A stretch of 64,000 nucleotides of DNA from an uncultured Alphaproteobacteria bacterium (GTDB lineage Bacteria > Pseudomonadota > Alphaproteobacteria > RF32 > CAG-239): positions 2,844-66,843 of the forward strand of contig CAJTJB010000005.1 of the NCBI GenBank assembly GCA_910576955.1, in the 5' to 3' direction. The notes under the pieces were generated by a model. The model was not told the DNA's origin, made no database searches, and saw nothing but the letters and a program-made list of their open reading frames with translations. The position numbers and the translations under genes were made by a program. Within the stretch, counting starts at the first letter, position 1. Every line of letters starts with the position of its first letter. Below are positions 9,737 to 19,303 of the stretch, one piece after another.

Positions 9737-10555
9737 ATGAGTTTTAAAGATTTAGGCTTAAGCGAACAAACAATTCAGGCAATTGAAGACTTGGGTTATC
9801 AAGAGCCGACAACAGTTCAAAAAGACGTTATTCCGTCCGTTCTTGCCGGCAAAGATATTTTCACGATTGCGCCTGCTGCCTGCGGAAAAACCTGCTCATA
9901 CATTTTCCCGTTGATTGACATTATTTCCAAAAAAGAGGGGCAAAACATTCTGATTATCTCGGCAGATTCGAAAGAGTCGGTCAACATCTCGGATAAGCTG
10001 TCCATCTTTAACAAATACCACGAAAGCACCGCCACGGACGATTCGCAGGAAAACACCGCCAACGAGGCAAACGTTATCATTGCCGCCCCGGCTTTGCTGC
10101 TGGATAACATTGCGGAAAACCGTGTTGATGTTTCAAATATAAACATTTTGGTCGTAGACGACATTAACCTTATAAAGAAAAAGCGCCAATTAAATAATTT
10201 AAATAAAATATTGGACCTGCTGCCCGCAAATAAGCAAAACATTGTTTTCACCACCCGCCGCTCCAAAGAAACGCAGGATACGCTGGATAAAATCTTAAAA
10301 ACGCCGGCAGAAATCAAGATAGATAAAACCAAAGAAAGCGAGGTCAAAGAAGTCCGGCAAAATGAGCCGACACTTCCTGCAGAGCAAACTGTTGAAAAGC
10401 CGCAGCCCCGCAAAGCAGAAAAAAAGCCTTATCGCTCAAACCACGAAATAGATAAAAAAGCGATTGAGCTTGCCAAACGCCATAAAGTCTTCGGTAAAAA
10501 AACGCCGTCATTTTTGCTCACAAACTGCAAACTTGCCACAGAAACAAAATCTTAA
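9737..10555 (+). CDS. DEAD-box helicase-like protein, domain 1 only (degenerate motifs, Lys-rich tail)
   Basis: Q-motif region FKDLGLSEQTIQAIEDLGYQEPTTVQKDVIP; Walker-A-like APAACGKT; DEAD replaced by VVDD; no helicase domain 2 (no HRIGRTGR); C-terminal K-rich tail; the antisense ORF 9817-10413 is Ser-rich and looks spurious. Confidence 0.55.
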   Translation: MSFKDLGLSEQTIQAIEDLGYQEPTTVQKDVIPSVLAGKDIFTIAPAACGKTCSYIFPLIDIISKKEGQNILIISADSKESVNISDKLSIFNKYHESTATDDSQENTANEANVIIAAPALLLDNIAENRVDVSNINILVVDDINLIKKKRQLNNLNKILDLLPANKQNIVFTTRRSKETQDTLDKILKTPAEIKIDKTKESEVKEVRQNEPTLPAEQTVEKPQPRKAEKKPYRSNHEIDKKAIELAKRHKVFGKKTPSFLLTNCKLATETKS

Positions 10556-10638
10556 TGAAATCAAAAAAAAGACTTGCGCTATTTTTTACGAAGTTTTATA
10601 CAAAAGAAAAAACACTAACCTAACTATGGAGATGCTAA

Positions 10639-11394
10639 ATGTCAGGACACTCCCAATTTAAAAATATTATGTACCGCAAAGGTGCACAAGATGCTAAAAA
10701 AGCCAGAGTTTTCGCAAAACTCGCGCGTGAAATCACTGTTGCCGCCAAAAGCGGCCTGCCCGAGCCGGATAAAAACCCGCGTTTAAGGCTGGCAATTCAG
10801 GCAGCCCGTGCCGAAAGTATGCCGAAAGACAATATTGAACGCGCCATCGCCAAAGCCACACAGGTTGCCGGCGGCGCAGATTTTACCACAATGCGTTATG
10901 AAGGCTTTTCTGCCAACAAAACCGCCGTTATTGTTGAGGCTTTGACAGATAATAAAAACCGTACGGCAAGCAACGTCCGCTCCATCTTTGGCAAACGTGG
11001 CGGGGCAATGGGCGAAACCGGCTCGGTAACCTTTAACTTTGAACGTATCGGCTATATTGAATATCCGCTGTCTGTTGCAGACGCTGACAAAATGTTTGAA
11101 GAAGCATTAGAAGCCGGTGCAAACGAAGTCGTTTCCGAAGACGACATCCACGCGATTGAAACTCTGCCGGACGATTTGTCTGCCGTAACCGAAGCTTTGG
11201 AACAAAAATTCGGCACACCGTCTGCCTCTCGTCTGGACTGGAAACCGACCGTAAAATCTGAAATAACGGATTTGGAAACCGCAAAGAAGTTCCTCGAATT
11301 TATTGACGCACTGGAAGAAGACGAAGACGTACAACACGTTTATCACAATGCCGACATCGCCGAAGACATTATGGCGCAGCTTGAGGCCGAATAA
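10639..11394 (+). CDS. yebC: YebC/PmpR-family DNA-binding transcriptional regulator
   Basis: 251 aa; canonical N-terminus MSGHSQFKNIMYRKGAQDAKKARVFAKLAREI. Confidence 0.9.
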   Translation: MSGHSQFKNIMYRKGAQDAKKARVFAKLAREITVAAKSGLPEPDKNPRLRLAIQAARAESMPKDNIERAIAKATQVAGGADFTTMRYEGFSANKTAVIVEALTDNKNRTASNVRSIFGKRGGAMGETGSVTFNFERIGYIEYPLSVADADKMFEEALEAGANEVVSEDDIHAIETLPDDLSAVTEALEQKFGTPSASRLDWKPTVKSEITDLETAKKFLEFIDALEEDEDVQHVYHNADIAEDIMAQLEAE

Positions 11395-11883
11395 ATGCGG
11401 ATTTTAGGTCTTGACCCGAGTATATCTTCTACCGGTTGGGGCATAATCGATGTAAATGGAAACCGTCTGTCCTATGTGGCAGACGGTTTTATTGCAACCA
11501 ACGCCAAAACACCGCTTACCAAACGTTTGCAGACAATTCATAACGAGCTGCGCCGCGTCATAGAGCTCTACAAACCCAACGAAGCCTCCATTGAAATAAC
11601 CTTTCTGAACATAAACCCCGAAACCTCTCTCAAATTAAGTATGGCGCGCGGAGTCGTTTTTCTTATGCCGGCGCTATATAACATTCCACTGTATGAATAC
11701 GAACCGAATAAAATCAAAAAAGCGCTAACCGGAGTCGGCAGGGCAGAGAAAGCCCAAGTTGAAACAATGGTCAAGATTCTTCTCCCCGGTTGCCAACCCC
11801 AAAACAACGATTCGTCAGACGCCCTCGCCATTGCCATCACGCATTGCAATCTGCGTAATACATACGGAGATAAAGCCGTTTAA
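11395..11883 (+). CDS. ruvC: Crossover junction endodeoxyribonuclease RuvC
   Basis: 162 aa; MRILGLDPSISSTGWGII N-terminus with catalytic Asp; ATG immediately follows the yebC stop. Confidence 0.9.
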   Translation: MRILGLDPSISSTGWGIIDVNGNRLSYVADGFIATNAKTPLTKRLQTIHNELRRVIELYKPNEASIEITFLNINPETSLKLSMARGVVFLMPALYNIPLYEYEPNKIKKALTGVGRAEKAQVETMVKILLPGCQPQNNDSSDALAIAITHCNLRNTYGDKAV

Positions 11884-11941
11884 CCCTCTTAATTATAACC
11901 GGCTTTTAACACATAATAAAAGGCGCCGCAGCGCCCCTTAT

Positions 11942-12547
11942 TTATAAATCCGCAATCACCTGCAAACTAATAATCTCATCCGGCTGGCTCACCATACCGT
12001 TATAGCCACCGCCTTTGCGAATATTGTCCACAAACTCCATACCGGAAACGACTTTACCCCAAACCGTATATTGCCCGTTCAAATGCGGACAATCATCATA
12101 ACAAATAAAAAACTGGCTGTCTGCCGAGTCGGGGTGCATTGCCCTTGCCATCGAAACAATCCCTCGCGTATGCGGAATACGGTTAAACTCTGCTTTTAAC
12201 TTCTTGCCGCTTCCGCCCGTGCCTGTTCCCAAAGGGCAACCAGTTTGCGCCATAAACCCCTCAATAACGCGATGAAACTTCAATCCGTTATAAAATCCTT
12301 CACGTACCAATTCTTTAATTCTGGCAACGTGGTTTGGTGCATCTTCAGGAAACATCTCAATCACCACTTCGCCGTCTTTAAGTTTCATCACCAATGCATT
12401 TTCTGCATCCGTAACGTTATAGGAATGTTTCATTTTCTTCCCTCTTGTTTCGCTTACGCCGAGCTGTTTTTTTTCCTCTGCAATCAGATTTTTGGTTTCA
12501 CTCTTGCCCAAACTTTTCGTATCGCTTTTTTCCAATACATTAACCAT
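11942..12547 (-). CDS. ppiB: Peptidyl-prolyl cis-trans isomerase, cyclophilin type, with Lys-rich N-terminal extension
   Basis: 201 aa; cyclophilin core FHRVIEGFMAQTGCP...GTGGSG; low-complexity K/E-rich N-terminal 40 aa. Confidence 0.8.
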   Translation of the reverse strand: MVNVLEKSDTKSLGKSETKNLIAEEKKQLGVSETRGKKMKHSYNVTDAENALVMKLKDGEVVIEMFPEDAPNHVARIKELVREGFYNGLKFHRVIEGFMAQTGCPLGTGTGGSGKKLKAEFNRIPHTRGIVSMARAMHPDSADSQFFICYDDCPHLNGQYTVWGKVVSGMEFVDNIRKGGGYNGMVSQPDEIISLQVIADL

Positions 12548-12590
12548 TGTAAACTCCTTAAAAATATTCCGTTTACCACTATTTAGGGAT

Positions 12591-13547
12591 TTATTTTCCG
12601 TTATTCAAGACAAAATCAACGCGTTCTTCCGCAGAAAGTCCCGTCGGAAACTTTTTATCAATTTCTTCCAGACGATGCCGCAAGCCGCGCCCGTTGGCAA
12701 TTTGGATAGCAAGCCCCGGACGTGCGTTAATCTCTAACATCATCGGCCCGCGGTTTTTATCAAGCACAATATCTGCCCCCAGATACCCCAGTCCGGTCAT
12801 ATCATAGGCAAGAGCCCCGATAATCAAATGCTCGCGCCAAAACGGCACTTTCAAATCCATCAGATTTGCGCCAGTATCCGGATGCACCAAAACCGGTTTA
12901 TTATGCATAACCGCATTAAGCGTTTTGCCAGTTTGCACATCCAACCCGACGCCAACCGCCCCTTGATGCAAATTTGCCCGTCCGCCCGATTCCTTTGTTG
13001 CCAAACGCATCATCACCATCGCCGGAAAACCTTTATACACGATAACCCGCACATCCGGCACACCATGATAGCTGAAATTTTTAAATACATCGCTGAAATT
13101 AACCGCCTCTTCAATCAGCGCCACATCATATTTGCCGCCCAAACTGAACAAACCGCTTAAAGTATTGGAAATATGCTGGTAAACATCTTTATAACTCAAC
13201 ACATCTCCCGACGCACTGTAAAACTTTTCTCCATCATATTTCTTAATCACCAACACGCCTTTGCCGCCGCTGCCATGCGCCGGCTTAATCACAAAGGTTT
13301 CATACCCTTTAACAATATCCAAAATATTTTTAACCTGATATTGATATTCAATAATACCAATCATTTTCGGCGTATTGATATGGATGCTGTTGGCGAGTCG
13401 TTTGGTTTTAACTTTATCATCCACTAATGTATAAAGCGAGCGTTTATTATATTTTGCAATCACAGAATAGTTACGGTCATTCATCCCCAAAACGCCGCAT
13501 TCTTTTAACGCCCGCGCTGTTTTCACCCATTTAAACATCAGCCTCAT
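12591..13547 (-). CDS. RimK-related ATP-grasp enzyme (alpha-L-glutamate ligase-like)
   Basis: ATP-grasp motifs (VIKPAHGSGGKGV, MLEINARPG); overall RimK-like fold signature; start placed at the first ATG (MRLMFKW), the track ORF begins at an upstream TTG; overlaps the stop of the upstream 7TM gene. Confidence 0.75.
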   Translation of the reverse strand: MRLMFKWVKTARALKECGVLGMNDRNYSVIAKYNKRSLYTLVDDKVKTKRLANSIHINTPKMIGIIEYQYQVKNILDIVKGYETFVIKPAHGSGGKGVLVIKKYDGEKFYSASGDVLSYKDVYQHISNTLSGLFSLGGKYDVALIEEAVNFSDVFKNFSYHGVPDVRVIVYKGFPAMVMMRLATKESGGRANLHQGAVGVGLDVQTGKTLNAVMHNKPVLVHPDTGANLMDLKVPFWREHLIIGALAYDMTGLGYLGADIVLDKNRGPMMLEINARPGLAIQIANGRGLRHRLEEIDKKFPTGLSAEERVDFVLNNGK

Positions 13548-15084
13548 CCTTGCGAATAAGCGGCGCAAAACGCGTCAATTCCGTTAAGCGATATCCGGTA
13601 TACGTTCCCAAAAGCATCACAATAAACATTATCACCAGATTAAGCTCATTAAATGCAAACATAATATGCCGCACATAGTCATTGCTGATAACAAAATACG
13701 TCACAATTGCCGTCAACAGCGTGAAAAAGATTTCCTTAACCGTATTTCTCGCCCCGTCTTCTTCCCAAGTGATTGACGCGCGTTCAATAATCCACGCCGT
13801 AATAATAATCGGGAAAAAGATTGCCGAACTAACAATGCCGTAATTCATCCGATAACCGATAATCGTCAATAGTTGAATAAGCAAAATTACAAATATCACC
13901 ACAAAAGAAATTCTCGGCACAAGCAGCAAATTAAGCTTTGCAACCAACGCCCGCATAATCAACCCTAAAAATATCATAACCGAAAAACAAACCAGCCCCG
14001 GCACAAACCCAGTTTTCACCAGTGACATAGCTAAAAGCATCGGTGTAAACGTTCCCATTGTCGTCACCCCGATAACATTTCGCATTATAACCACCACCAA
14101 AATTGCCAACGGGAAAATCATCAGCCATTTCAACGTGTTCTGCTCCATAAGCGGCAACGCATAAATAGAATATTGATAAGGCATAAACTCGCTGTTAGCC
14201 TTTGCCCGATACTCTGCCATCTTCAGCGGTGACGCAACAGATTTCAAAACCGAAAACATAACTTTAGAATCTTCGCCGCCGCGCACATCCAAAAGCGAAA
14301 CACCGCCGCGTTGAAAAACAATCCAGTTTTTCGGCAACCCTTTCTGCGCCGTATCCAAGTCATACAATGTCCATTTATTATCCAGATACGCCTCAAGCAT
14401 TATCCCAGGCTTTTCCGTTTTTTTACCCTCTTCAAGCTTAATTGCCCGCACGATTCTGGAAGGAATGCGCTTATAAGCCAAAATCTGCATAATACGTTCC
14501 GCAAATTCTTTCGATGTATGGTTAAGCGGCAAAACCAAACTCATTGTCGGGTTAACAAGTTCCTGATTTACGGTAGAAATAATCTTTTGAACCTTATCCC
14601 CCTCCTGCAATTCCGCCAATTCCCAAATCTTATTCATTTGCTGGGTTTCTTCTTCTGACAAAATCGGTCTTTCCACTTTTGCCGGCACCTGCTTGCTCAA
14701 CTTGCTGTTCTGCACATCATCATATATGCTTAAACGATAATAAAGATTTTGCTTTCCTTGTTTTTTCTTCCCCTGAAACGAGATACGGTTATTTTTATTA
14801 TCGTCCACAACCTTATATCCTTTGGCAACAATCTCCTCGCTCAAAATTTTAAAACTGTCATTGCTGCTCGGCACGGTTAATGCAACATTCACATCCTCGC
14901 CCACCGCATTAAAACTGATTTTCGCATCAATCGTCCACACATCCGTCACTTGCTTTGGCGAAAAGGTAAAGCCCCAATATTTAACTTTATAATAAATACT
15001 GTATCCTGCATACGCCATAGACAGCAACAGTAAAAAGCTTAACACTTTCCGTACCGTAAAAAATTCAGACAGTTTCAATTTCAT
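13531..15084 (-). CDS. 7TM membrane protein with large N-terminal extracytoplasmic domain (inactive-transglutaminase-7TM-like)
   Basis: 517 aa from MKLKL (gaggga RBS); N-terminal signal-anchor helix; about 300-aa soluble region; seven hydrophobic helices at the C-terminus; the start lies 12 nt downstream of the retropepsin-like gene's stop and the ATP-grasp start overlaps this gene's 3' end. Confidence 0.6.
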   Translation of the reverse strand: MKLKLSEFFTVRKVLSFLLLLSMAYAGYSIYYKVKYWGFTFSPKQVTDVWTIDAKISFNAVGEDVNVALTVPSSNDSFKILSEEIVAKGYKVVDDNKNNRISFQGKKKQGKQNLYYRLSIYDDVQNSKLSKQVPAKVERPILSEEETQQMNKIWELAELQEGDKVQKIISTVNQELVNPTMSLVLPLNHTSKEFAERIMQILAYKRIPSRIVRAIKLEEGKKTEKPGIMLEAYLDNKWTLYDLDTAQKGLPKNWIVFQRGGVSLLDVRGGEDSKVMFSVLKSVASPLKMAEYRAKANSEFMPYQYSIYALPLMEQNTLKWLMIFPLAILVVVIMRNVIGVTTMGTFTPMLLAMSLVKTGFVPGLVCFSVMIFLGLIMRALVAKLNLLLVPRISFVVIFVILLIQLLTIIGYRMNYGIVSSAIFFPIIITAWIIERASITWEEDGARNTVKEIFFTLLTAIVTYFVISNDYVRHIMFAFNELNLVIMFIVMLLGTYTGYRLTELTRFAPLIRKDEADV

Positions 15085-15095
15085 AGTTCCCTCGT

Positions 15096-15626
15096 TCAAT
15101 TCAATGTATACGATGTTGATGTATCAACAATAAATCGGCCGGTTAAGATATTGCGTCCGACAAGCCCCTGATAATCAAAGTTTGTCCTATCCGCAATTGA
15201 AAAGACGGCGCTGAAGACTTCCCCGCCCATTTTAACATCCATCTTAACAGCTTTTCTGTTTTCATCCTCTCCCATACGCTTAACCTTAAACGTCCTCTCA
15301 ACTTTTTTCTCAAAAACGTGCTCTTCGCCGCTTTTACGGTTTTTCAACTTAAAACTGACCCATTTCTCGCCATCACGCTCAAAATAATTAACATCTTTGC
15401 AGTCCAAAGAAGAAGTTGTTGCCCCCGTATCAATTCTAGCCGAAAACGGCGACTTCATCGGCAAAAAATAAATCGGCTCAACCTCTCCGATAATCGGCAG
15501 ATGAGCCTTTTCAACCACAATTTCCTGCGTTGTATTCACGTTATGCACCACTGCCGGCACAATCACTTGTTTTGGTTGGCAAGCTGAAATCGTAAAAATA
15601 AGCGACAATAAAAATAACTTACGCAT
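15096..15626 (-). CDS. Retropepsin-like aspartic protease (DUF785/putative ATP-dependent zinc protease family, RimB-like), lipoprotein signal
   Basis: D-T-G-A signature in FSARIDTGATTSSLD; N-terminal MRKLFLLSLIFTISAC signal with lipobox-like Cys; start set at ATG MRKLF (the track ORF begins at an upstream TTG). Confidence 0.7.
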   Translation of the reverse strand: MRKLFLLSLIFTISACQPKQVIVPAVVHNVNTTQEIVVEKAHLPIIGEVEPIYFLPMKSPFSARIDTGATTSSLDCKDVNYFERDGEKWVSFKLKNRKSGEEHVFEKKVERTFKVKRMGEDENRKAVKMDVKMGGEVFSAVFSIADRTNFDYQGLVGRNILTGRFIVDTSTSYTLN

Positions 15627-15805
15627 TTTTATCCATACCCTCTTGATTAAAATTAAAAAAATCAAATTATCATTATTTTGATAAATATATTGATTTTATA
15701 CAAGAAACACCATAAAAAACACACTAATACACAAGGAAAATCAATCAAACGGATGTATCCAAACAAGTACATCGTATTTAAACAATGTATTTAAAAAGCA
15801 AAAAA

Positions 15806-15830
15806 GGCGCACGTTGTCGCCCTTATTCAA
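15806..15830 (-). terminator. Probable rho-independent terminator downstream of the porin gene
   Basis: On the minus strand, hairpin GGCGAC..GUGCGCC (bulged) followed by UUUUUUGCUUUUU. Confidence 0.4.
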
Positions 15831-15848
15831 ACAAACCTTTCGCTCACG

Positions 15849-16982
15849 TTAGAAAAACACTGTTGCACGCAAACTCGTAACGAAACCGTAATCCGATTTT
15901 TGGTTAAGTGCCGGATTAATATAGAATTGCACATCCGGCGTTAATGTCAGCATATTACCGATTCCCCACGCCCAATAAGCCTCAACAATTTGCTCCTCTT
16001 TGTGTTTTAACGTCTGCCCCACGGCTTTCTCATCCAATTTATTATATGCATACGCCAGCCCGATTTGGTCAAGAGAATTTCTGTTTAGCGGGTTTTTATA
16101 AACGCCGCCAAACACCCATGATTGCCGGATGCTTTCCACACTGCCGCTCACCTCATTCAACCGTGCAAAAAGGCTGACTTTTTCACCAATATCCTGCGAT
16201 ATATTTAAAGACCAGCCGTTCGTTGTTTCCGGTTGTTCATGCACCCCCGGCTGATTATACGCCAATAGCGAAATTTCCGAGTCGCCAAGTCCTTTAATCG
16301 TCGGGGTATAGGCAATATAACCGAATGTTGTATAATGTTTCTCATCCAAATGGTTAAAACGAACGCTGGTTGCGTCAATATTCGTTCCGTCCTGCCCGCC
16401 AAACGCAAAAGACCACTTGTTATTTGGCGAAATCTGCGCATAAATTCCCAATCCCGCCTGCGTATAAGAGGCTGATGCATTTTGCGCCAGCGCGTCATTC
16501 AAAAAGTTAACTTGTTGGTTTGCATCATAATTTGTTCCGTCAAAATTATAAATCGGAAATTGTCCCAAGCCTAAAGTCAGCCAATTCCACTTGCCGGCTG
16601 GCTGATAGGTATAATACAGTTCTGAAAATTCGTCTTCGTTGCCCGAATAGTCATTCAACGGCGTCACAAATCCGGAATTATTCGCCAAATCATTTCCGTT
16701 ATGATTGCCGTATCGTATAATCGTATACGCAAAGTTCAACGCCCCGATGCCATATTCATTATTAAACGTTGTCCACATAAACGACGGATACAAATAAGCC
16801 TGCACGGCATTATGCTCCCCGTTCGGGCTGGAACGCTGCTCTAAAACGGAAATATCAAAGTTATAATCAAAACCATATTCTTTATCTAATTTATTTTTGA
16901 AATCTTGGTAATTTTCCGCTTTTGCTAAACTGGAAAAAGACAAAAACAAACATCCCCATAAAAAAGTTCTAAAACACCTCAT
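15849..16982 (-). CDS. Carbohydrate-selective porin, OprB family (outer membrane beta-barrel)
   Basis: 377 aa; signal peptide ending LAKA; Tyr/Gly/Asn-rich alternating beta-strand pattern; C-terminal Phe (RATVFF); overall resemblance to the OprB/carbohydrate porin family. Confidence 0.6.
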   Translation of the reverse strand: MRCFRTFLWGCLFLSFSSLAKAENYQDFKNKLDKEYGFDYNFDISVLEQRSSPNGEHNAVQAYLYPSFMWTTFNNEYGIGALNFAYTIIRYGNHNGNDLANNSGFVTPLNDYSGNEDEFSELYYTYQPAGKWNWLTLGLGQFPIYNFDGTNYDANQQVNFLNDALAQNASASYTQAGLGIYAQISPNNKWSFAFGGQDGTNIDATSVRFNHLDEKHYTTFGYIAYTPTIKGLGDSEISLLAYNQPGVHEQPETTNGWSLNISQDIGEKVSLFARLNEVSGSVESIRQSWVFGGVYKNPLNRNSLDQIGLAYAYNKLDEKAVGQTLKHKEEQIVEAYWAWGIGNMLTLTPDVQFYINPALNQKSDYGFVTSLRATVFF

Positions 16983-17123
16983 TATTCACATCCTTTGTTT
17001 ATATTAAAAGCCTTTCGGATATAACCTTAAAAACTGCTAAAAAAAGGGGGTGGAGCAAAAAAACTCTTGAAGAAACAGGATAAAACGGCTAAACTCGCCA
17101 CCATAACAGAGGGATACATACAA

Positions 17124-17792
17124 ATGATAGCAAAATTAAAAGGAATAATAGACAATATCGGCGAAGACTGTTGTATTATTGATGTCAACGGTGTCGGGTA
17201 TCTGGTTAATATGTCATCGCGTTCCCTTTCCAAACTCACACAAGGGGAATATGCCGTTCTGCTGATAGAAACCGTCATCAAAGAAGACAGTTTCACCCTT
17301 TTCGGCTTTCAAACCGCATGGGAAAAAGAATGGTTTAACACGCTGACGAAGATTCAAGGCGTTGGCGGTAAAGTATGTTTAAATATTTTAAGCGCCTTAT
17401 CGCCCGCCCAGCTCTCCCAAGCCGTTGCCGCCCAAGACAAAAGCTCATTTTTGCGTGCTGCCGGCGTCGGTCCTAAATTAGCCGCCAGACTGGTCACCGA
17501 ATTAAAAGGCAAAATCGTAACTATCCCAATGGAATATATGTCCGGCGCAGAGTTAAACGACTCTTCCGATGCAACAGAAACAAACAATCCGAAAGACAAA
17601 ACCGCCCCTCAAGCCCCTGCAGAAGAAACTGATGCGGCTTATTCCAAAACAGAAGATGTCACTTCCGCCCTTACCAATTTAGGCTATGCTAAAATAGACG
17701 CATACCGAGTCGCGGCGGAAATTTGCATGAACAATCCTAATGCTGACATAGGAACGCTAATCCGGTTGGCTCTTAAAGAATTTAACCAATAG
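17124..17792 (+). CDS. ruvA: Holliday junction branch migration complex subunit RuvA
   Basis: Start set at MIAKLKGIID (canonical RuvA N-terminus; agaggga RBS); HhH motifs; C-terminal domain III. Confidence 0.9.
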   Translation: MIAKLKGIIDNIGEDCCIIDVNGVGYLVNMSSRSLSKLTQGEYAVLLIETVIKEDSFTLFGFQTAWEKEWFNTLTKIQGVGGKVCLNILSALSPAQLSQAVAAQDKSSFLRAAGVGPKLAARLVTELKGKIVTIPMEYMSGAELNDSSDATETNNPKDKTAPQAPAEETDAAYSKTEDVTSALTNLGYAKIDAYRVAAEICMNNPNADIGTLIRLALKEFNQ

Positions 17793-17801
17793 GAGAATAA
17801 T

Positions 17802-18857
17802 ATGCCAGAAGACAAAGAACGTATTGTCAGCGCTCAAAAGCTTTCCACCGATGAGGCTAATTCTCCGGCAGCTGTTAATCTGCGCCCCTCAACATTAGAC
17901 GAATTCGTCGGGCAAGATAAGGTCTGCCAAAACCTTAAAGTGTTTATTCAATCAGCTAAAAGCCGTGGCGAAGTTCTCGACCACGTTTTGCTGTATGGAC
18001 CTCCCGGCTTGGGCAAAACAACTTTATCAAACATCATCTCCAAAGAATTAGGCGTGGGGTTCAAAGCCACTTCCGCACCAATGATTACCCGCTCGGGCGA
18101 TTTAGCTGCTATTTTAACCAACTTGGAAGCGCGCGACGTTTTGTTTATTGATGAAATCCACCGCTTAAACCCCGCCATAGAAGAAGTATTATATTCGGCA
18201 ATGGAAGACTTCCAGCTTGATATCATTATCGGCGAAGGCCCTTCCGCCCGCTCGGTAAAAATAGATTTGCAACCCTTTACCCTCGTTGGCGCAACCACCC
18301 GCTCGGGTTTGGTTTCCACCCCGTTGCGCGAACGTTTCGGCATTCCGCTGCGGATGGATTTTTATAATCACGAAGATTTACAAAAAATAGTCCTCCGTGG
18401 CGCAGCGCTTTTAAATATGCCCATTTCAACAGACGGCGCAATGGAAATTGCCAAACGCTCCCGCGGCACACCGCGTATTGCCGGACGCCTGCTCAAACGC
18501 GTCCGTGATTTCGGTGCTGTCGCCGGCAATGTTGAAATCGATTCGTCCATTGCAGATAAAGCCTTACAGCTATTAGACGTCGATTCTTACGGGCTTGATG
18601 AATTTGACCGCCGCTACTTAACCTGCATCGCCAAAAATTACGGCGGCGGACCTGTTGGCGCAGATACGCTTGCCGCCGCATTGTCCGAAGAGCGCGATAC
18701 CATCGAAGAAGTAATAGAACCATATCTTTTAAAGCTCGGTTTTTTACAGCGCACACCGCGCGGACGTGTCCTTTCAGAACTCGGCTGCAAATATTTAGGT
18801 ATCAGCAAATTCAAAAATGACAATCAATTCAGTTTTATAGATGATTTAGGATTTTAA
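17802..18857 (+). CDS. ruvB: Holliday junction branch migration DNA helicase RuvB
   Basis: 351 aa; Walker [14 protein letters not shown]; Walker [10 protein letters not shown]; sensor and winged-helix C-terminus. Confidence 0.95.
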   Translation: MPEDKERIVSAQKLSTDEANSPAAVNLRPSTLDEFVGQDKVCQNLKVFIQSAKSRGEVLDHVLLYGPPGLGKTTLSNIISKELGVGFKATSAPMITRSGDLAAILTNLEARDVLFIDEIHRLNPAIEEVLYSAMEDFQLDIIIGEGPSARSVKIDLQPFTLVGATTRSGLVSTPLRERFGIPLRMDFYNHEDLQKIVLRGAALLNMPISTDGAMEIAKRSRGTPRIAGRLLKRVRDFGAVAGNVEIDSSIADKALQLLDVDSYGLDEFDRRYLTCIAKNYGGGPVGADTLAAALSEERDTIEEVIEPYLLKLGFLQRTPRGRVLSELGCKYLGISKFKNDNQFSFIDDLGF

Positions 18858-18858
18858 A

Positions 18859-19296
18859 ATGACATACGAAACATCTCCCATCACCGGAACATTATTTGAA
18901 GATAAAACATTTTCTTTCCCCGTTCGCATCTACTATGAAGATACAGACGCCGGCGGGATTGTTTATTATGCCAATTACCTAAAATACGCCGAGCGCGCCC
19001 GCACCGAATTTTTGCGCCATCTGGGTTTAAATCAGGAAGAAATGTTAAAAAATCAAGGTATGGGCTTTGTCGTCCGCGACTGCCATATCAGCTACAAATC
19101 TCCGGCAAAATTGGATGATGCCTTAAACATCACCTGCAAAGTTACAGAAATAAAAGGCGTTTCGCTCAAAATGGAGCAAAAGCTCTACCGAGAGGACACC
19201 GTTCTGTCGGAAATTGAAATCACGCTGGTTTTCTTAAGCCTGCCTGCTATGCGCCCGACTAAAATTCCTGCTGAAATATTGTCGCTGTTGCAATAA
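18859..19296 (+). CDS. ybgC: Tol-Pal-associated acyl-CoA thioesterase YbgC (hotdog fold)
   Basis: 145 aa; 4HBT hotdog motif YYEDTDAGGIVYYANYLKYAERART; position after ruvAB as in many alphaproteobacteria. Confidence 0.8.
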   Translation: MTYETSPITGTLFEDKTFSFPVRIYYEDTDAGGIVYYANYLKYAERARTEFLRHLGLNQEEMLKNQGMGFVVRDCHISYKSPAKLDDALNITCKVTEIKGVSLKMEQKLYREDTVLSEIEITLVFLSLPAMRPTKIPAEILSLLQ

Positions 19297-19303
19297 GCAA
19301 TCA

